Source: an uncultured Verrucomicrobiae bacterium (lineage in GTDB: Bacteria; Verrucomicrobiota; Verrucomicrobiia; Chthoniobacterales; UBA10450). From it: a stretch of 64,000 bases of DNA. Of the stretch, positions 30,170 through 39,925 are shown one piece after another. A program made the translations under genes and the position numbers. The stretch spans positions 512,001 through 576,000 of the forward strand of contig CAWIBO010000002.1 in assembly GCA_963834385.1 (NCBI GenBank), read 5' to 3'. The notes under the pieces were generated by a model. That model saw only the letters and a list, made by a program, of their open reading frames with translations, did not search any database and was not told the origin of the DNA. Positions within the stretch are counted from its first letter, which is position 1. Each line of letters opens with the position of its first letter.

Positions 30170-31291
30170 TCAGGACGTCGCTTGCCCTGACGCGAGCGCG
30201 TGCTCTTGCGCGCTCCATTCACGATAAATCTGCGGGGCGATCTCCGAAGGCTTGATCTCGCTGCGGCCGCCCCAGAACACGTTGGTGTAGCTCACCGGGA
30301 TCCGGCAAACCTCGAGATGCTCGTCGATCGCCCGTTTATGCTCGAGCAAGCGCGCTTTCTCCGTCCCATGCGCCACCGCCATGATGTTGACGTCGCGGAA
30401 CTCGGGGCCGGCCTCACGCCAATAGCAGTGGGTCAGGATGTGGTGCCGGCCCACCTCGCCGCCCGCCTCCAGTTCCCGCCCGGGCGGCACCGCCCAATGA
30501 AAAAGAGCGTTGAACCGCGTCACCCGCACGCCGGTGGCGGACGGTTTCACATGCTCGAGGAAAGTGGAAAAACGGCCGACGATCTTGCGCCGGGCCAGGC
30601 TCTCCGCCACGGCGCAAAACTCATCGAGATCCATCCCCGCTTCTCGCGCCCGGGCCGCCCACGGGTTGGGCCGGATTTCCTCCGGCGCAAATTCGCGCTT
30701 CAAGGCCACCAGCACCTCCCACTCGCGCTCATTTAACTCGGCCACCTGCACGGGCACCATCTGCGCGGGGTGATCGGCCCGGCTCCCCGGCGGGATTTCC
30801 TTCCGGCGAACATGCCCAACCCCGAGCGCAAAGATCCCTTTCGCGGGCATGATCCGAAAACGTTCCGCGCCGACGATGCCCTGGAGTCTCTCGCAATGGG
30901 CCTGGAGCGAAAACCCCTGCGGCACCTTGAGCGTGGTCCAGAGCTTGTAGTCCGACCCGGCGGTAGCCGTATCGGTCGAACGCAGGACGACGTGCCCGGA
31001 AAACGGGTCGCGCTGCGACATGAAATCAAAGGCGGCATCGATCTCTTCCGGCGACACTTTCCACGCCACCAACGCGCCCTGCGCCAGGTTGGTCGCAAGC
31101 AGGGTCTGCCGCACGCGCCGGACCGTGCCCGCACGCAACATCGCCTCGATCCGCGCCCGCACCGTTTCCTCGTCCACCCCGGAACGCTCCGCGATCAGGG
31201 CAAAAGGTTCGCGGACGAACCCCTCGATTTTGTCCTCGGAAACCGCGAGGATGCAGGCGTTGACCGGGTCGTGGTGCTCGACGGGCAGCAT
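30170..31291 (-). CDS. Lrp/AsnC-fold tandem protein, probably a fused siroheme decarboxylase AhbA-AhbB (NirDL-like)
   Basis: Two HTH+RAM halves: PFALIAERSGVDEE..GALVAWKV..SGHVVLR and PWAARAREAG..ALFHWAVP..LTHCYWR..MAVAHG. Confidence 0.72.
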   Translation of the reverse strand: MLPVEHHDPVNACILAVSEDKIEGFVREPFALIAERSGVDEETVRARIEAMLRAGTVRRVRQTLLATNLAQGALVAWKVSPEEIDAAFDFMSQRDPFSGHVVLRSTDTATAGSDYKLWTTLKVPQGFSLQAHCERLQGIVGAERFRIMPAKGIFALGVGHVRRKEIPPGSRADHPAQMVPVQVAELNEREWEVLVALKREFAPEEIRPNPWAARAREAGMDLDEFCAVAESLARRKIVGRFSTFLEHVKPSATGVRVTRFNALFHWAVPPGRELEAGGEVGRHHILTHCYWREAGPEFRDVNIMAVAHGTEKARLLEHKRAIDEHLEVCRIPVSYTNVFWGGRSEIKPSEIAPQIYREWSAQEHALASGQATS

Positions 31292-31357
31292 CCGCATCCA
31301 TCCGCTGAAGAGGAGAGGTTGTCCACCGTGCGCGTCTGTGGAAAGGAAAAGGAGTCC

Positions 31358-32041
31358 ATGAAACAATCCCCGCCGCCTCGCGCCCTTTTTTTTGACGCCG
31401 TCGGCACGCTCTTTCATCTGCCGCTCGGCGTGGGCCACCACTACGCCCTGGCTGGCCGACAGGTGGGTGCGGAACTTGACGCACAGGCGCTCGACCAGGC
31501 CTTTGCCGCCGTTTTCCCGGCCATGCCGCCGCGACCGGTGACGGAAGGCCCGCGTGAGGACGACGACAAAGGCTGGTGGCGTGAGGTGGTGGAGCGCGTC
31601 CTGGCCCAGGTCCCACACCGGTTGTCCGAACTGGATCGCGACAGTTTTTTCGAGACGGCCTACGAACATTTTGCCGAGGCCGGGGTCTGGGAGCCGTTCC
31701 CGGAGACGAGAGAGGTCGTGGAGCGCCTGCAGGAGCGTCTCCCGCTTTATGTCGTCTCGAATTTCGACGGCCGGCTCCGAATCATCCTGGAACGGCTCGG
31801 TCTCTCGAAATTTTTTCGCGGCGTCTTTGTTTCAAGTGAGCTGGGGGCGGACAAGCCCGACCCGCGGATCTTCCAGCGGGCCGCGGAATGCGCGGGAATT
31901 CCGCTGGGCGAAATTCTTCATGTGGGAGACGATCCGGAACGCGACTGGGCCGCGGCCCGGCAGGCCGGTCTGCAGGTTTTCGAGCTGCGACGTCCCGGCG
32001 GGTCCCTTCGGGACCTGGAGGCGGAGCTGCCGCCCGATTAA
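31358..32041 (+). CDS. HAD-IA family hydrolase
   Basis: FFDAVGTL, VSNFD, KPDPRIF, HVGDD. Confidence 0.9.
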   Translation: MKQSPPPRALFFDAVGTLFHLPLGVGHHYALAGRQVGAELDAQALDQAFAAVFPAMPPRPVTEGPREDDDKGWWREVVERVLAQVPHRLSELDRDSFFETAYEHFAEAGVWEPFPETREVVERLQERLPLYVVSNFDGRLRIILERLGLSKFFRGVFVSSELGADKPDPRIFQRAAECAGIPLGEILHVGDDPERDWAAARQAGLQVFELRRPGGSLRDLEAELPPD

Positions 32042-32108
32042 GCGGCATCGCCCACGGTCGCTCTTGGCTCTTGCTGGAAGAAAAGGTTTACGGCACGTTG
32101 GGCGCTTC

Positions 32109-32180
32109 GGGTTGGTAGCTCAATGGTAGAGCAGCGCCCTTTTAAGGCGTTGGTTGTGGGTTCGAGTCCCACCCAACCCA
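32109..32180 (+). tRNA. tRNA-Lys(UUU), CCA not encoded
   Basis: Acceptor gggttgg/ccaaccc; anticodon arm gcgcc-cTTTtaa-ggcgt (7-nt loop cttttaa); T-arm gtgggttcgagtcccac. Confidence 0.95.
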
Positions 32181-32324
32181 TCTTCCCGCGGGCCGCGGGA
32201 CCTCCGGGACGACCGGGCGGGTGAATCTGAGCGGTTTCACGCCCGCCTTCCACGGTGGGCACGTAAAAAAACCACCATTTTTCTTCTCGACAGCAGGGTT
32301 CCGGGGCGCGAAAAACGGCACCTT

Positions 32325-33308
32325 GTGAACACCTCAACCTACCTTAACCGATTTATTCACGGCTCGGCCGCAGCACTGCTGCTGGCTACCGGCTTCCCGG
32401 CTTTCGCTGACAAGGAAATCCTCGACGCCAAAGGCCCCGACAAAAACCCGCCCATTCTGGAGCAGGCCGCCCCGCAACCCCGCTGGTATTTCAGCCTTGG
32501 TGCCGGCACTGACTTCGATCTCGATTCTGCGTTCGTGAACGGGGTGGACGAAGACTTCAACAACGTCCTCCCATTTAACGCCGCGACCGCCCCTGGCGGT
32601 ATCTTCATCCCCGGGAAAGGTCCGGATGGCTCGGGCAACCTGCACATTCGCAACCGCGACTTCCACGATGCCTACGACGACCTGATCCGCATCAACGCGG
32701 AGCTGGGTTACCGGATCAATGATTATTGGGAAGTGTTCCTCCTCTTCAAATACACCCACGCCGATGCGAACACTTTGAGCGGCAGCTCCCTGACGATCGA
32801 TTTCGATGAGGACGACGGCGGCTTTCCCTTCCCGGGGGGCGATCTCCGCTTCGATTTTGTCAGTCGTTTCGACGACTATGACGCTTACGGGGGCGAGATT
32901 GGCGCCCGCTTCTTCTTCTTCCAGCCGGAATCGCGGATCCGTCCCTACATCTCGGTGCAGGGTGGTGCGACCTATGTCGAGCAGATCGACGCAAATGTCT
33001 GGGTGCTTAACCCCTTCATTGGCGATGAGGTCGAGGGCGGCCTGGGCGCTTTGGACATCGACTTTTATAGCGCCAGCGTGGTCGGCACGGTTGCCGGTCT
33101 GTTTGGCGCCGAGTTCAAGGTCACGGAACGCTTCTCCATCACGGCGGACATCGGTCTCCGCTATTACATGGAGTTGTGCGACGATGACGACGACTTGAAC
33201 GATTTTTCAGAAGGAGGGGCGCCTTTTGGTCTCGACTTGGAATCGGTCAATAATGAAGGCTATCGCCTCGCCATCCCGGTGACGATCTCGGCCAAGTTCC
33301 GGTTCTAA
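32325..33308 (+). CDS. Outer-membrane beta-barrel protein
   Basis: Signal peptide ..TGFPAFA; alternating beta strands (RPYISVQGGATYV, GAEFKVTERFSITADIGLRY); C-terminal Phe (AKFRF). GTG start is inferred. Confidence 0.75.
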   Translation: MNTSTYLNRFIHGSAAALLLATGFPAFADKEILDAKGPDKNPPILEQAAPQPRWYFSLGAGTDFDLDSAFVNGVDEDFNNVLPFNAATAPGGIFIPGKGPDGSGNLHIRNRDFHDAYDDLIRINAELGYRINDYWEVFLLFKYTHADANTLSGSSLTIDFDEDDGGFPFPGGDLRFDFVSRFDDYDAYGGEIGARFFFFQPESRIRPYISVQGGATYVEQIDANVWVLNPFIGDEVEGGLGALDIDFYSASVVGTVAGLFGAEFKVTERFSITADIGLRYYMELCDDDDDLNDFSEGGAPFGLDLESVNNEGYRLAIPVTISAKFRF

Positions 33309-33331
33309 GAACCTCAGCCAGCCAGTTTAAC

Positions 33332-33371
33332 AAAGGGGCGCAGCGTTTAACGTTGCGCCCCTTTTGCTTTT
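33332..33371 (+). terminator. Rho-independent terminator
   Basis: aaaggggcgcagcg-ttta-acgttgcgcccctttt followed by further T residues. Confidence 0.75.
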
Positions 33372-33618
33372 TCGATAGAACATGCCCGCTCGCGTCACCC
33401 TCACCCCCCTCGCTCTCCCCCGTGCGATCCCCCGTTTCACTGGAATATATCGTGCTTCATAAGGAGGCGCCCACCTTGGGCGCGCCTCCCATGCCCGAGA
33501 TAAGTTTTTCCGACCATTTTCCCGAACTCCCCCCGCCTCCGCGGCCGATTCGGCTGGCGTTCCCGCCGACAATCCCGGGTATGCCCCCACGGAGGATCCT
33601 GATTCGCGCCGACGCCGG

Positions 33619-34347
33619 ATGGATCGGGTCATCCTGATCGTCGGCGTTCTCCTCCTGACCGGAGGTTGCGGTCTTTACTGCTCCTACAAATTTTTCAACC
33701 CCAGCGATCGCGCCGGAAAATTCTCGCTCTGGCCGCGTGATCGGTATGAGGCGCGCGCTGTCCCGTTTCCCGCACTCGTTCCCGAACGCGCCACCGCCTT
33801 GCGGCCGCCGGAATCCCGGCCGGACGCGGTTACCGGCCTTCCCGCCGCTTTGGATCGGCCGGCACGCAAAGTCACGCGCGCGTCGTCGAACAGCCGCCGG
33901 TCCGTGGTGGCCGGCCGCGGTTCATCCCAGCGTGATGGCGGTGGCCGTGGCGCCAGCAGCCCGGCGGTGAACAACCCCGCCATTCCTTCAAACCCGACCA
34001 ACGCCATCCCGCAGACCGTGAAAACGGCGCAACGCACCGTGACGCGGGTGCGACATGTCATGGGGCGTCTTATCCCCGAGCGCGTCACCTACACGGTGGA
34101 TGACACGGCCACGACGGCGCGGCGCACGGCCCGCGGCGCCCGCCGGACAGTCGACCAGGCGGCTGGCGGTGTGAACGATCGCGTGAATGGCGTGGTCAAC
34201 GATGCCGGCGCCTCGATGCAGGGCATCTCGGACGGTCTTCCCGGGCTGGGTGGCGGCGAAATGTCCGGTTTAAGCGGTGCCGCCGGTGGTGTCTCCGGCC
34301 TCGGCGCCGGGCTCCCGAACGTGGGCGGTTTGACGCCCGGCGGCTAA
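33619..34347 (+). CDS. Hypothetical protein with an N-terminal TM segment and a low-complexity Gly/Ala-rich tail
   Basis: Hydrophobic N-terminus; the ORF fills the gap up to the convergent DUF488 gene; no recognised motif. Confidence 0.4.
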   Translation: MDRVILIVGVLLLTGGCGLYCSYKFFNPSDRAGKFSLWPRDRYEARAVPFPALVPERATALRPPESRPDAVTGLPAALDRPARKVTRASSNSRRSVVAGRGSSQRDGGGRGASSPAVNNPAIPSNPTNAIPQTVKTAQRTVTRVRHVMGRLIPERVTYTVDDTATTARRTARGARRTVDQAAGGVNDRVNGVVNDAGASMQGISDGLPGLGGGEMSGLSGAAGGVSGLGAGLPNVGGLTPGG

Positions 34348-34916
34348 AAGAGCGTCTCCTCGCCCGTGTAATCAAGTCGGCCATCCACCAGGCGAGCCGC
34401 GCCCGTGAACGGATGCGGTTCGCTTTTCCTGAGGTCGAAAAGGTGGCAGACCTCCGTCCCGCGGGCCTTGAAATAATCGGCGATCAAACCGCGGTGACAC
34501 CGCCACCAGACCGCCTCCGCACACATCACCGCCGTCGGCATGACGCCGGCCCGCTCCGCCAGGGCCCTCGCCGCCGCCTCGAATTCGGGCGTCTCCATGT
34601 AATCGGCGTATCCGCGGAAAGATTCGTTTCGCCACGCCGTGTTGCGGGAGTCCGGCCGCGGTCGGCGCCGCCCGCCCAGCGCCCGCAGCGGCAGATAGGC
34701 GATGTGCTGCGCCGTCAGGAGAGTCGCCAGCGCCTCGGAGTTGAAGTGCGGATATCGCTTCGAACCCGGGTGAAGCCGAACATCCACGACGGCTTCAATC
34801 TTATGGGCCCGCAGGACGGCGACGAACTCCTCCCCGCTCCGCGTGCTGTGGCCGATGGTCCAGAGCCGGCGGGGCCAGGCCACGCCCGGCTCCGTGTCAG
34901 GGCGACCCGGGGACAT
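34344..34916 (-). CDS. DUF488 family protein
   Basis: WTIGHSTR, VVDVR, LGGRR, FRGYADYM, MCAEAVWWRCHR. Confidence 0.88.
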   Translation of the reverse strand: MSPGRPDTEPGVAWPRRLWTIGHSTRSGEEFVAVLRAHKIEAVVDVRLHPGSKRYPHFNSEALATLLTAQHIAYLPLRALGGRRRPRPDSRNTAWRNESFRGYADYMETPEFEAAARALAERAGVMPTAVMCAEAVWWRCHRGLIADYFKARGTEVCHLFDLRKSEPHPFTGAARLVDGRLDYTGEETLF

Positions 34917-35901
34917 CGGCAAGCTCGGCCACCACCTTCTCGAGCGCGGAAACCACCCGCGCCATCGATTCATAATCAAGCTGCCCGGGCGTGTCTGATC
35001 GCTCGTGATAATGCGGGTAACGGAACGGGGCCGTGTCGGTCACCATCACCCCGGGATAACCATGCTGCCAAAAGGCCCACTGGTCGGACCAGCCAATCCC
35101 CGGCACGGCGGCGGGAAGCGCTGCCCCTTCGCTCCCGATGGTGGCATGCCGGCGGAAGACCTGCATCACCTGCCGCAGAAGATGACGCGAGCCCGGGTTG
35201 GAGACGAACCCAATGAAGTTTCCGCGGGTGGGATAGGCCAGGGAAAGGCCGGGCAGCGGATAAACCTGCGACCCTTTCCCGCTCGAGAAATAGCCGATCG
35301 TCTCCAGGCTCAGCATTGCCACGACGCGATCGCCCCGCTGCCGGCAGTTCTTCGCGTAAACCATGCTCCCCATATCCGCGGTCTGAAAATAGGGCGGCTC
35401 TTCGTTGGTGAAAGCGACAAAACGAAGGGTGCGCGCCGGCTTCTGCCCGGCAAATTTGCGAGCCAGGGCGAGAAGGGCCGCCACGCCGCTCCCGTTGTCA
35501 TTGGCCCCGGGCGAACCATAAACCGAATCGTAATGGGCTCCCACCACCACCACCTCGGCCGATCCCGGGATGGAGGCCTCGATATTATCGGAGTGAACCC
35601 CTCGGACGGCATAACCCTCGCGGCGCACCGCGAGCCCCGCCTCGCGAAAGGTTTGCTCGATGTAATCGGCCGCGGCCACCAGCCGGCTATGATGCGGGAG
35701 GTTCCGTTCACCGATGGTTTCACCGAGCATCCGGACATGGCTTTCGAGCTCGTCCCGCAGCTGCACCTCGTCCGGGGTCAGCGGCGGCGGACTCCCACGA
35801 AAACTCCGCCCTGGCATCCGGATCATCATGGTCCAGGCCATGATGCCGGCCAGGAGAGCCGCGACAAGGCCGAAGGCGACAGGCCGAAGAACTGTTTTCA
35901 T
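34897..35901 (-). CDS. M28 family peptidase
   Basis: VVGAHYDS, GANDNGSG, FTNEEPP, LETIGY, WSDQ, YPHYH. Confidence 0.88.
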   Translation of the reverse strand: MKTVLRPVAFGLVAALLAGIMAWTMMIRMPGRSFRGSPPPLTPDEVQLRDELESHVRMLGETIGERNLPHHSRLVAAADYIEQTFREAGLAVRREGYAVRGVHSDNIEASIPGSAEVVVVGAHYDSVYGSPGANDNGSGVAALLALARKFAGQKPARTLRFVAFTNEEPPYFQTADMGSMVYAKNCRQRGDRVVAMLSLETIGYFSSGKGSQVYPLPGLSLAYPTRGNFIGFVSNPGSRHLLRQVMQVFRRHATIGSEGAALPAAVPGIGWSDQWAFWQHGYPGVMVTDTAPFRYPHYHERSDTPGQLDYESMARVVSALEKVVAELADVPGSP

Positions 35902-37019
35902 CCGAGCTTGCGGCGAAACCGGAGCGAACACAAAAAGAAGAGGGAGACGGCCATGCCGGTAAGAATCGCAAGCGACCGCCAGTATTCCGCAAACTCGGCG
36001 CCGCGCAGAATGATGGCCCGCATGAGGGCGATGAAATGGGTGGTCGGGATGATGGACCCGAGGGCGTAGAAGATCCAGGGCATGGTCTCGCGCGGAAAGA
36101 TAAACCCGGAAAAGAAGACACTGGGCAAAACGAAAACCATCGAGATCTGCAAGGCCTGCATCTGGTTGCCCGCCTTGGTGCCGACGAGCAGCCCGAGGCT
36201 CAGCAGCGCGAAGACATAAATAAGCGTGCTCCCCAGCATCATGAGAACGCTGCCCGCAATCGGCACCGCGAAGATGAAACGCATGACCGCAAAGAGCAGA
36301 AAGGCGATGAGCATGCCGATGCAAAGATAGGGAATGAGTTTGCCCAGCATCAGACCCCAGCGGCTGACCGGGCTGACCAGCAGTTGTTCCAGGGTGCCGC
36401 GTTCCCGTTCGCGCACCAACGCCATGGCGGTGGCAAAGACGGTCCCGATCTGCAGGACCACCCCGATGACGCCGGGCACGAAAAAGTTCGGGCTGCGCAT
36501 GGTCGGGTTGTAGAGGAGCTGCGGCCGGATCTCCACGGGAACGGCGGCGCGCCCGCTCTCGCGCATGAGCATCTCGACCGATTGTCGCAGGGCCACACCG
36601 AGGCCGGTGTTGAGCGCCTGCTGCGCCGTGGTCGAATTCGAACCGTCGATGAGCAGCTGCACCTGCGTCGGGCGGCCGGAGCGCAGGTCACGCGCAAAAT
36701 CAGGCGGGATCTGGAGCCCGGCGTAAGCCCGCCCCTGCCGCAACTGGCTGGCCAGCTCCTCCACGCTTCCCACCTCCGCCACCTGGCGAAAAGTCTCGGT
36801 GTTCACCAGCCGGTCGATGAAGCGGCGGCTCTCCGCCGTCCGGTCCTCGTTCAGCACCGCCAGGCCCATGTGGCGGACGTCGTTATCGAGCGCAAACCCG
36901 AAGGCCACCATCTGGATCATCGGCGGGAACAGCATGAAAAAGAGGGTCATCGGGTCCCGGGCCACGGTGATGAACTCCTTGAAAAGAATGGCGCTGAGGC
37001 CGCGGAACGGGCGTTTCAT
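35898..37019 (-). CDS. ABC-2 type permease (YbhR/S-like)
   Basis: LLIDGSN, FFVPGVIG, RERERGTLEQLLVSP, FSGFIFP. Confidence 0.9.
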   Translation of the reverse strand: MKRPFRGLSAILFKEFITVARDPMTLFFMLFPPMIQMVAFGFALDNDVRHMGLAVLNEDRTAESRRFIDRLVNTETFRQVAEVGSVEELASQLRQGRAYAGLQIPPDFARDLRSGRPTQVQLLIDGSNSTTAQQALNTGLGVALRQSVEMLMRESGRAAVPVEIRPQLLYNPTMRSPNFFVPGVIGVVLQIGTVFATAMALVRERERGTLEQLLVSPVSRWGLMLGKLIPYLCIGMLIAFLLFAVMRFIFAVPIAGSVLMMLGSTLIYVFALLSLGLLVGTKAGNQMQALQISMVFVLPSVFFSGFIFPRETMPWIFYALGSIIPTTHFIALMRAIILRGAEFAEYWRSLAILTGMAVSLFFLCSLRFRRKLG

Positions 37020-37975
37020 CAGGCAGCCGCCCTTCTCGCTTCCCCGTAGCGCGCGGTCAGGGCCACGAAGACATCCTCCAGCGACGGCCCGATCTCGCGC
37101 ATGTCGGTCTCCGCGATGCCGACCTCCCGCAGGCGCGCCGCGATCGCCTCGTTTGAGAGCTGTTCCTCCACCAGCAGGTGCATCGACTGCCCAAAAACGG
37201 TGGCCGAAAGAATCCCCGGCGCCGCCCGCATCGTCTGCAACGCCCGGGTAACATGCTCGCAGGTGATATCGAGGCGACGCGCTCCCGGCGGGTTCACCTC
37301 CGGCAGCCGCTTGAGGTCGTCGGGTTCGCCGCAAACAACCAGTTTGCTCATGTGGATGTAGCCGACGTGCGAGCAGCGTTCGGCCTCATCCATGTAATGG
37401 GTCGTGACGAAAAGCGTCATGCCGCGCCCGGCGAACTCGAACAGCAGGTCCCACAGTTCCCGGCGGGCCACGGGATCGATCCCGGCGGTCGGTTCATCGA
37501 GGAAAAGCACGGTCGGCTCGTGCATCAGGGCGCAGGCCATGGCCAGCCGCTGTCGCCAGCCGCCCGAGAGCAGCGCCGCGCGCCGCCCAAGATACGGTTC
37601 CAGATGCGTCAGGGCGATCAGTTCGTCGCGCCGCGCCCGCAAAGCCCGCTCGCGCAGGCCGTAGAGCTTCCCGGAAAAGGTCAGGTTCTCGCCCACCGTC
37701 AGCTCATCGTAGAGGGAAAACTTCTGCGACATGTAACCGATCAAATCCTTGATCGCCTCCGTCTCCCGCCGGATATCGTGGCCGGCGATCCGACCGGTGC
37801 CGCCGGTCGGCTCGAGGATGCCGCAGAGCATCCGGATGACGGTCGATTTCCCGGAACCGTTCGGGCCGAGAAAGCCGAAGATGCTCCCCTTTCCCACCGA
37901 AAAACTGACGTCATCGACCGCGGTGAAATCACCGAACCGCCGCGTCAGGCCCTCGGCTTCGATCATCGCCTCCAT
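37019..37975 (-). CDS. ABC transporter ATP-binding protein (YbhF-like)
   Basis: GPNGSGKST, LSGGWRQR, FLDEPTAG. Confidence 0.93.
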   Translation of the reverse strand: MEAMIEAEGLTRRFGDFTAVDDVSFSVGKGSIFGFLGPNGSGKSTVIRMLCGILEPTGGTGRIAGHDIRRETEAIKDLIGYMSQKFSLYDELTVGENLTFSGKLYGLRERALRARRDELIALTHLEPYLGRRAALLSGGWRQRLAMACALMHEPTVLFLDEPTAGIDPVARRELWDLLFEFAGRGMTLFVTTHYMDEAERCSHVGYIHMSKLVVCGEPDDLKRLPEVNPPGARRLDITCEHVTRALQTMRAAPGILSATVFGQSMHLLVEEQLSNEAIAARLREVGIAETDMREIGPSLEDVFVALTARYGEARRAAA

Positions 37976-37998
37976 CGCTTAAACGAGACGGGCGCCTC

Positions 37999-38871
37999 TC
38001 ACCGCAACGACTCCGGGACGCCGGGAAATTCGACATCGGCAGCCATGCCCGCGCGGAGTTTTTCTCCATTCTCCAGCCGGACCTTGACGGCAAAAACCTG
38101 GCGGACCCTGTCTTCCACGGTCTGCACGTTGCGCGGGGTGAACTCGGCCTGCCGGCTGACCTGTTCCACCACACCGCCAAAGTCGCGTTCGGGAAAGGCG
38201 TCGACGCGCACCCGGACCTTGTCGCCGATGCGGATGTGCCCGAGCCAGGGCTGCGGCACGTAAACGCGCACCCAGAGATATTCGGGGAGAATGAGAGTGG
38301 CCACCTCGCGGTTGGGCGGGAGGACATCGCCCACCTTCACACTGAGCACCTCGAGAATGGCCGGCCCGGGCGAGAGCACCGTCATCTCGCGCAGGCGGGT
38401 CTCAATCTCGGCCAGGTTCGCCTTGGCCTGCGCCACCCGCATCTCCGAGGCTTCCACCGATTTTTCCTGGGCGTTGGCCAGGCTGGCCGCCCGTTCCGCT
38501 TCGCTCGGCGAAACGGTGCGATTGCGCAGCAGTTCCTGCTGGCGGCGGGTATCGCCGCGGAGAAACTCGAGCTGCGCTTTCTGTGACTCGACCTCGCGCA
38601 GGGCCGCCTCCACCTGCGCCCGGGCAAGGTCCAGCTGCGCCGGCAGTTCCGCCGCCTCCAATTTCACGATCGGCGCGCCGGCGGCGAGCTGTTCCCCTTC
38701 GCGCGCGAAGACCTTCTCGACGCGGCCGCCCGCGCGCGAGGCAACATGCACCTCATCGACCTCAACGGTGCCGGAGACAGATTCGCCCCGCCGCTCACAG
38801 GCGGCCAGCGCCAGCGCGGCTGCCACCAGCAGCGCGCCCGCCCGGAATGGTCGGATCGTCACGACGCTCAT
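37999..38871 (-). CDS. HlyD-family membrane fusion protein (YbhG-like)
   Basis: Lipobox-like LAAC, SGTVE, coiled coil, AEFTPRNVQT..R...VFAVKV. Confidence 0.88.
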   Translation of the reverse strand: MSVVTIRPFRAGALLVAAALALAACERRGESVSGTVEVDEVHVASRAGGRVEKVFAREGEQLAAGAPIVKLEAAELPAQLDLARAQVEAALREVESQKAQLEFLRGDTRRQQELLRNRTVSPSEAERAASLANAQEKSVEASEMRVAQAKANLAEIETRLREMTVLSPGPAILEVLSVKVGDVLPPNREVATLILPEYLWVRVYVPQPWLGHIRIGDKVRVRVDAFPERDFGGVVEQVSRQAEFTPRNVQTVEDRVRQVFAVKVRLENGEKLRAGMAADVEFPGVPESLR

Positions 38872-38935
38872 TCTATCCGGAAGCCGACGGAGGCGAAGGA
38901 TTTGTTGCCGCTCCCGAAAATTCCTACAGTGCTCC

Positions 38936-39340
38936 ATGAGCAAACGAATTTTTGATCACATCGACCTGCGCGTGCACGATCGTGCCGCCGCGCAGAAATT
39001 TTATGCCCGACTGCTGCCCGCGGTCGGGCTGACCCATGACGCCAGCGGCGACGAATGGGGCGCCTTCGAGGCCGGGCCGGACGGGGCCGCGGGCGTCTTT
39101 TTTGGCTTCACCGAGGACCCGACGCATCAGCCCGGCGCGAACCGGATCGCCTTCTGGGCGGAAAGCCGGGAAGAGGTGGACCGGATCGCGCAAACGATCC
39201 GGGAAGCCGGCGCCCAGACCATCGAAGGACCCGAACTCTGCCGGGAATATTCCCCCGGCTACTACGCCGTCTTCTTCGAGGACCCCAGCGGCAACAAGCT
39301 CGAGGTCTGCCACCGGGCCAGCCGCCTCAGCGCGGAGTGA
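38936..39340 (+). CDS. VOC/glyoxalase family protein
   Basis: FDHIDLRV..FY..IAF..YYAVFFEDPSGNKLEV. Confidence 0.88.
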   Translation: MSKRIFDHIDLRVHDRAAAQKFYARLLPAVGLTHDASGDEWGAFEAGPDGAAGVFFGFTEDPTHQPGANRIAFWAESREEVDRIAQTIREAGAQTIEGPELCREYSPGYYAVFFEDPSGNKLEVCHRASRLSAE

Positions 39341-39917
39341 TCCCAAAAAGGGCGAGCGCCTCCCGCGTTTTTTCCATGGGCAGACCGACCACGTTGCTGA
39401 AGGAGCCGTCGATTTTCCGGATGATCCGGCCAGCGTCATCCTGCGCGGCATAGGCCCCCGCCTTGTCGAGTGGATTGACCACGCGGAAATATTCCGTGAT
39501 GCGGTCATCATCCAGCCGTTGAAACGTCACGCGGGTCACCTCGTGGAAGGCGACAAAGCTGCGCTTCCACCGGTGCGCCAGATGAACCGCGGAACAGACG
39601 ATGTGGGTGCGGCCGCTCAACCGACGCAGGATCGCGCGGGCATCCTCCAGGTCACGCGGTTTCCCGATCACCTCCTCCTCCAGGGCCACGAGGGTGTCGG
39701 CGCCGAGAACGACCGCCTCGGGATTAACCCGGGCGATATCGAGGCATTTGCGGGTGGCATTGAGCGTGGTCACCTCCCGGATGGTGAGGTCGCCCGCGCT
39801 CGACTCCGAGATGGACGAAAGAGCCACCCGAAAATCGTAGCCGGCCGCGCGCAGCAGCTCGCTCCGCCGGGGCGAAGCCGAGGCCAGGAGCAGACGCGGA
39901 ACAACCACCCCGCTCAT
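39327..39917 (-). CDS. maf: Maf-family nucleoside triphosphate pyrophosphatase
   Basis: LASASPRR, GADTLV, KP, LSGRTH, DKAGAY, NVVGLP. Confidence 0.92.
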   Translation of the reverse strand: MSGVVVPRLLLASASPRRSELLRAAGYDFRVALSSISESSAGDLTIREVTTLNATRKCLDIARVNPEAVVLGADTLVALEEEVIGKPRDLEDARAILRRLSGRTHIVCSAVHLAHRWKRSFVAFHEVTRVTFQRLDDDRITEYFRVVNPLDKAGAYAAQDDAGRIIRKIDGSFSNVVGLPMEKTREALALFGITPR

Positions 39918-39925
39918 GGACCCGG

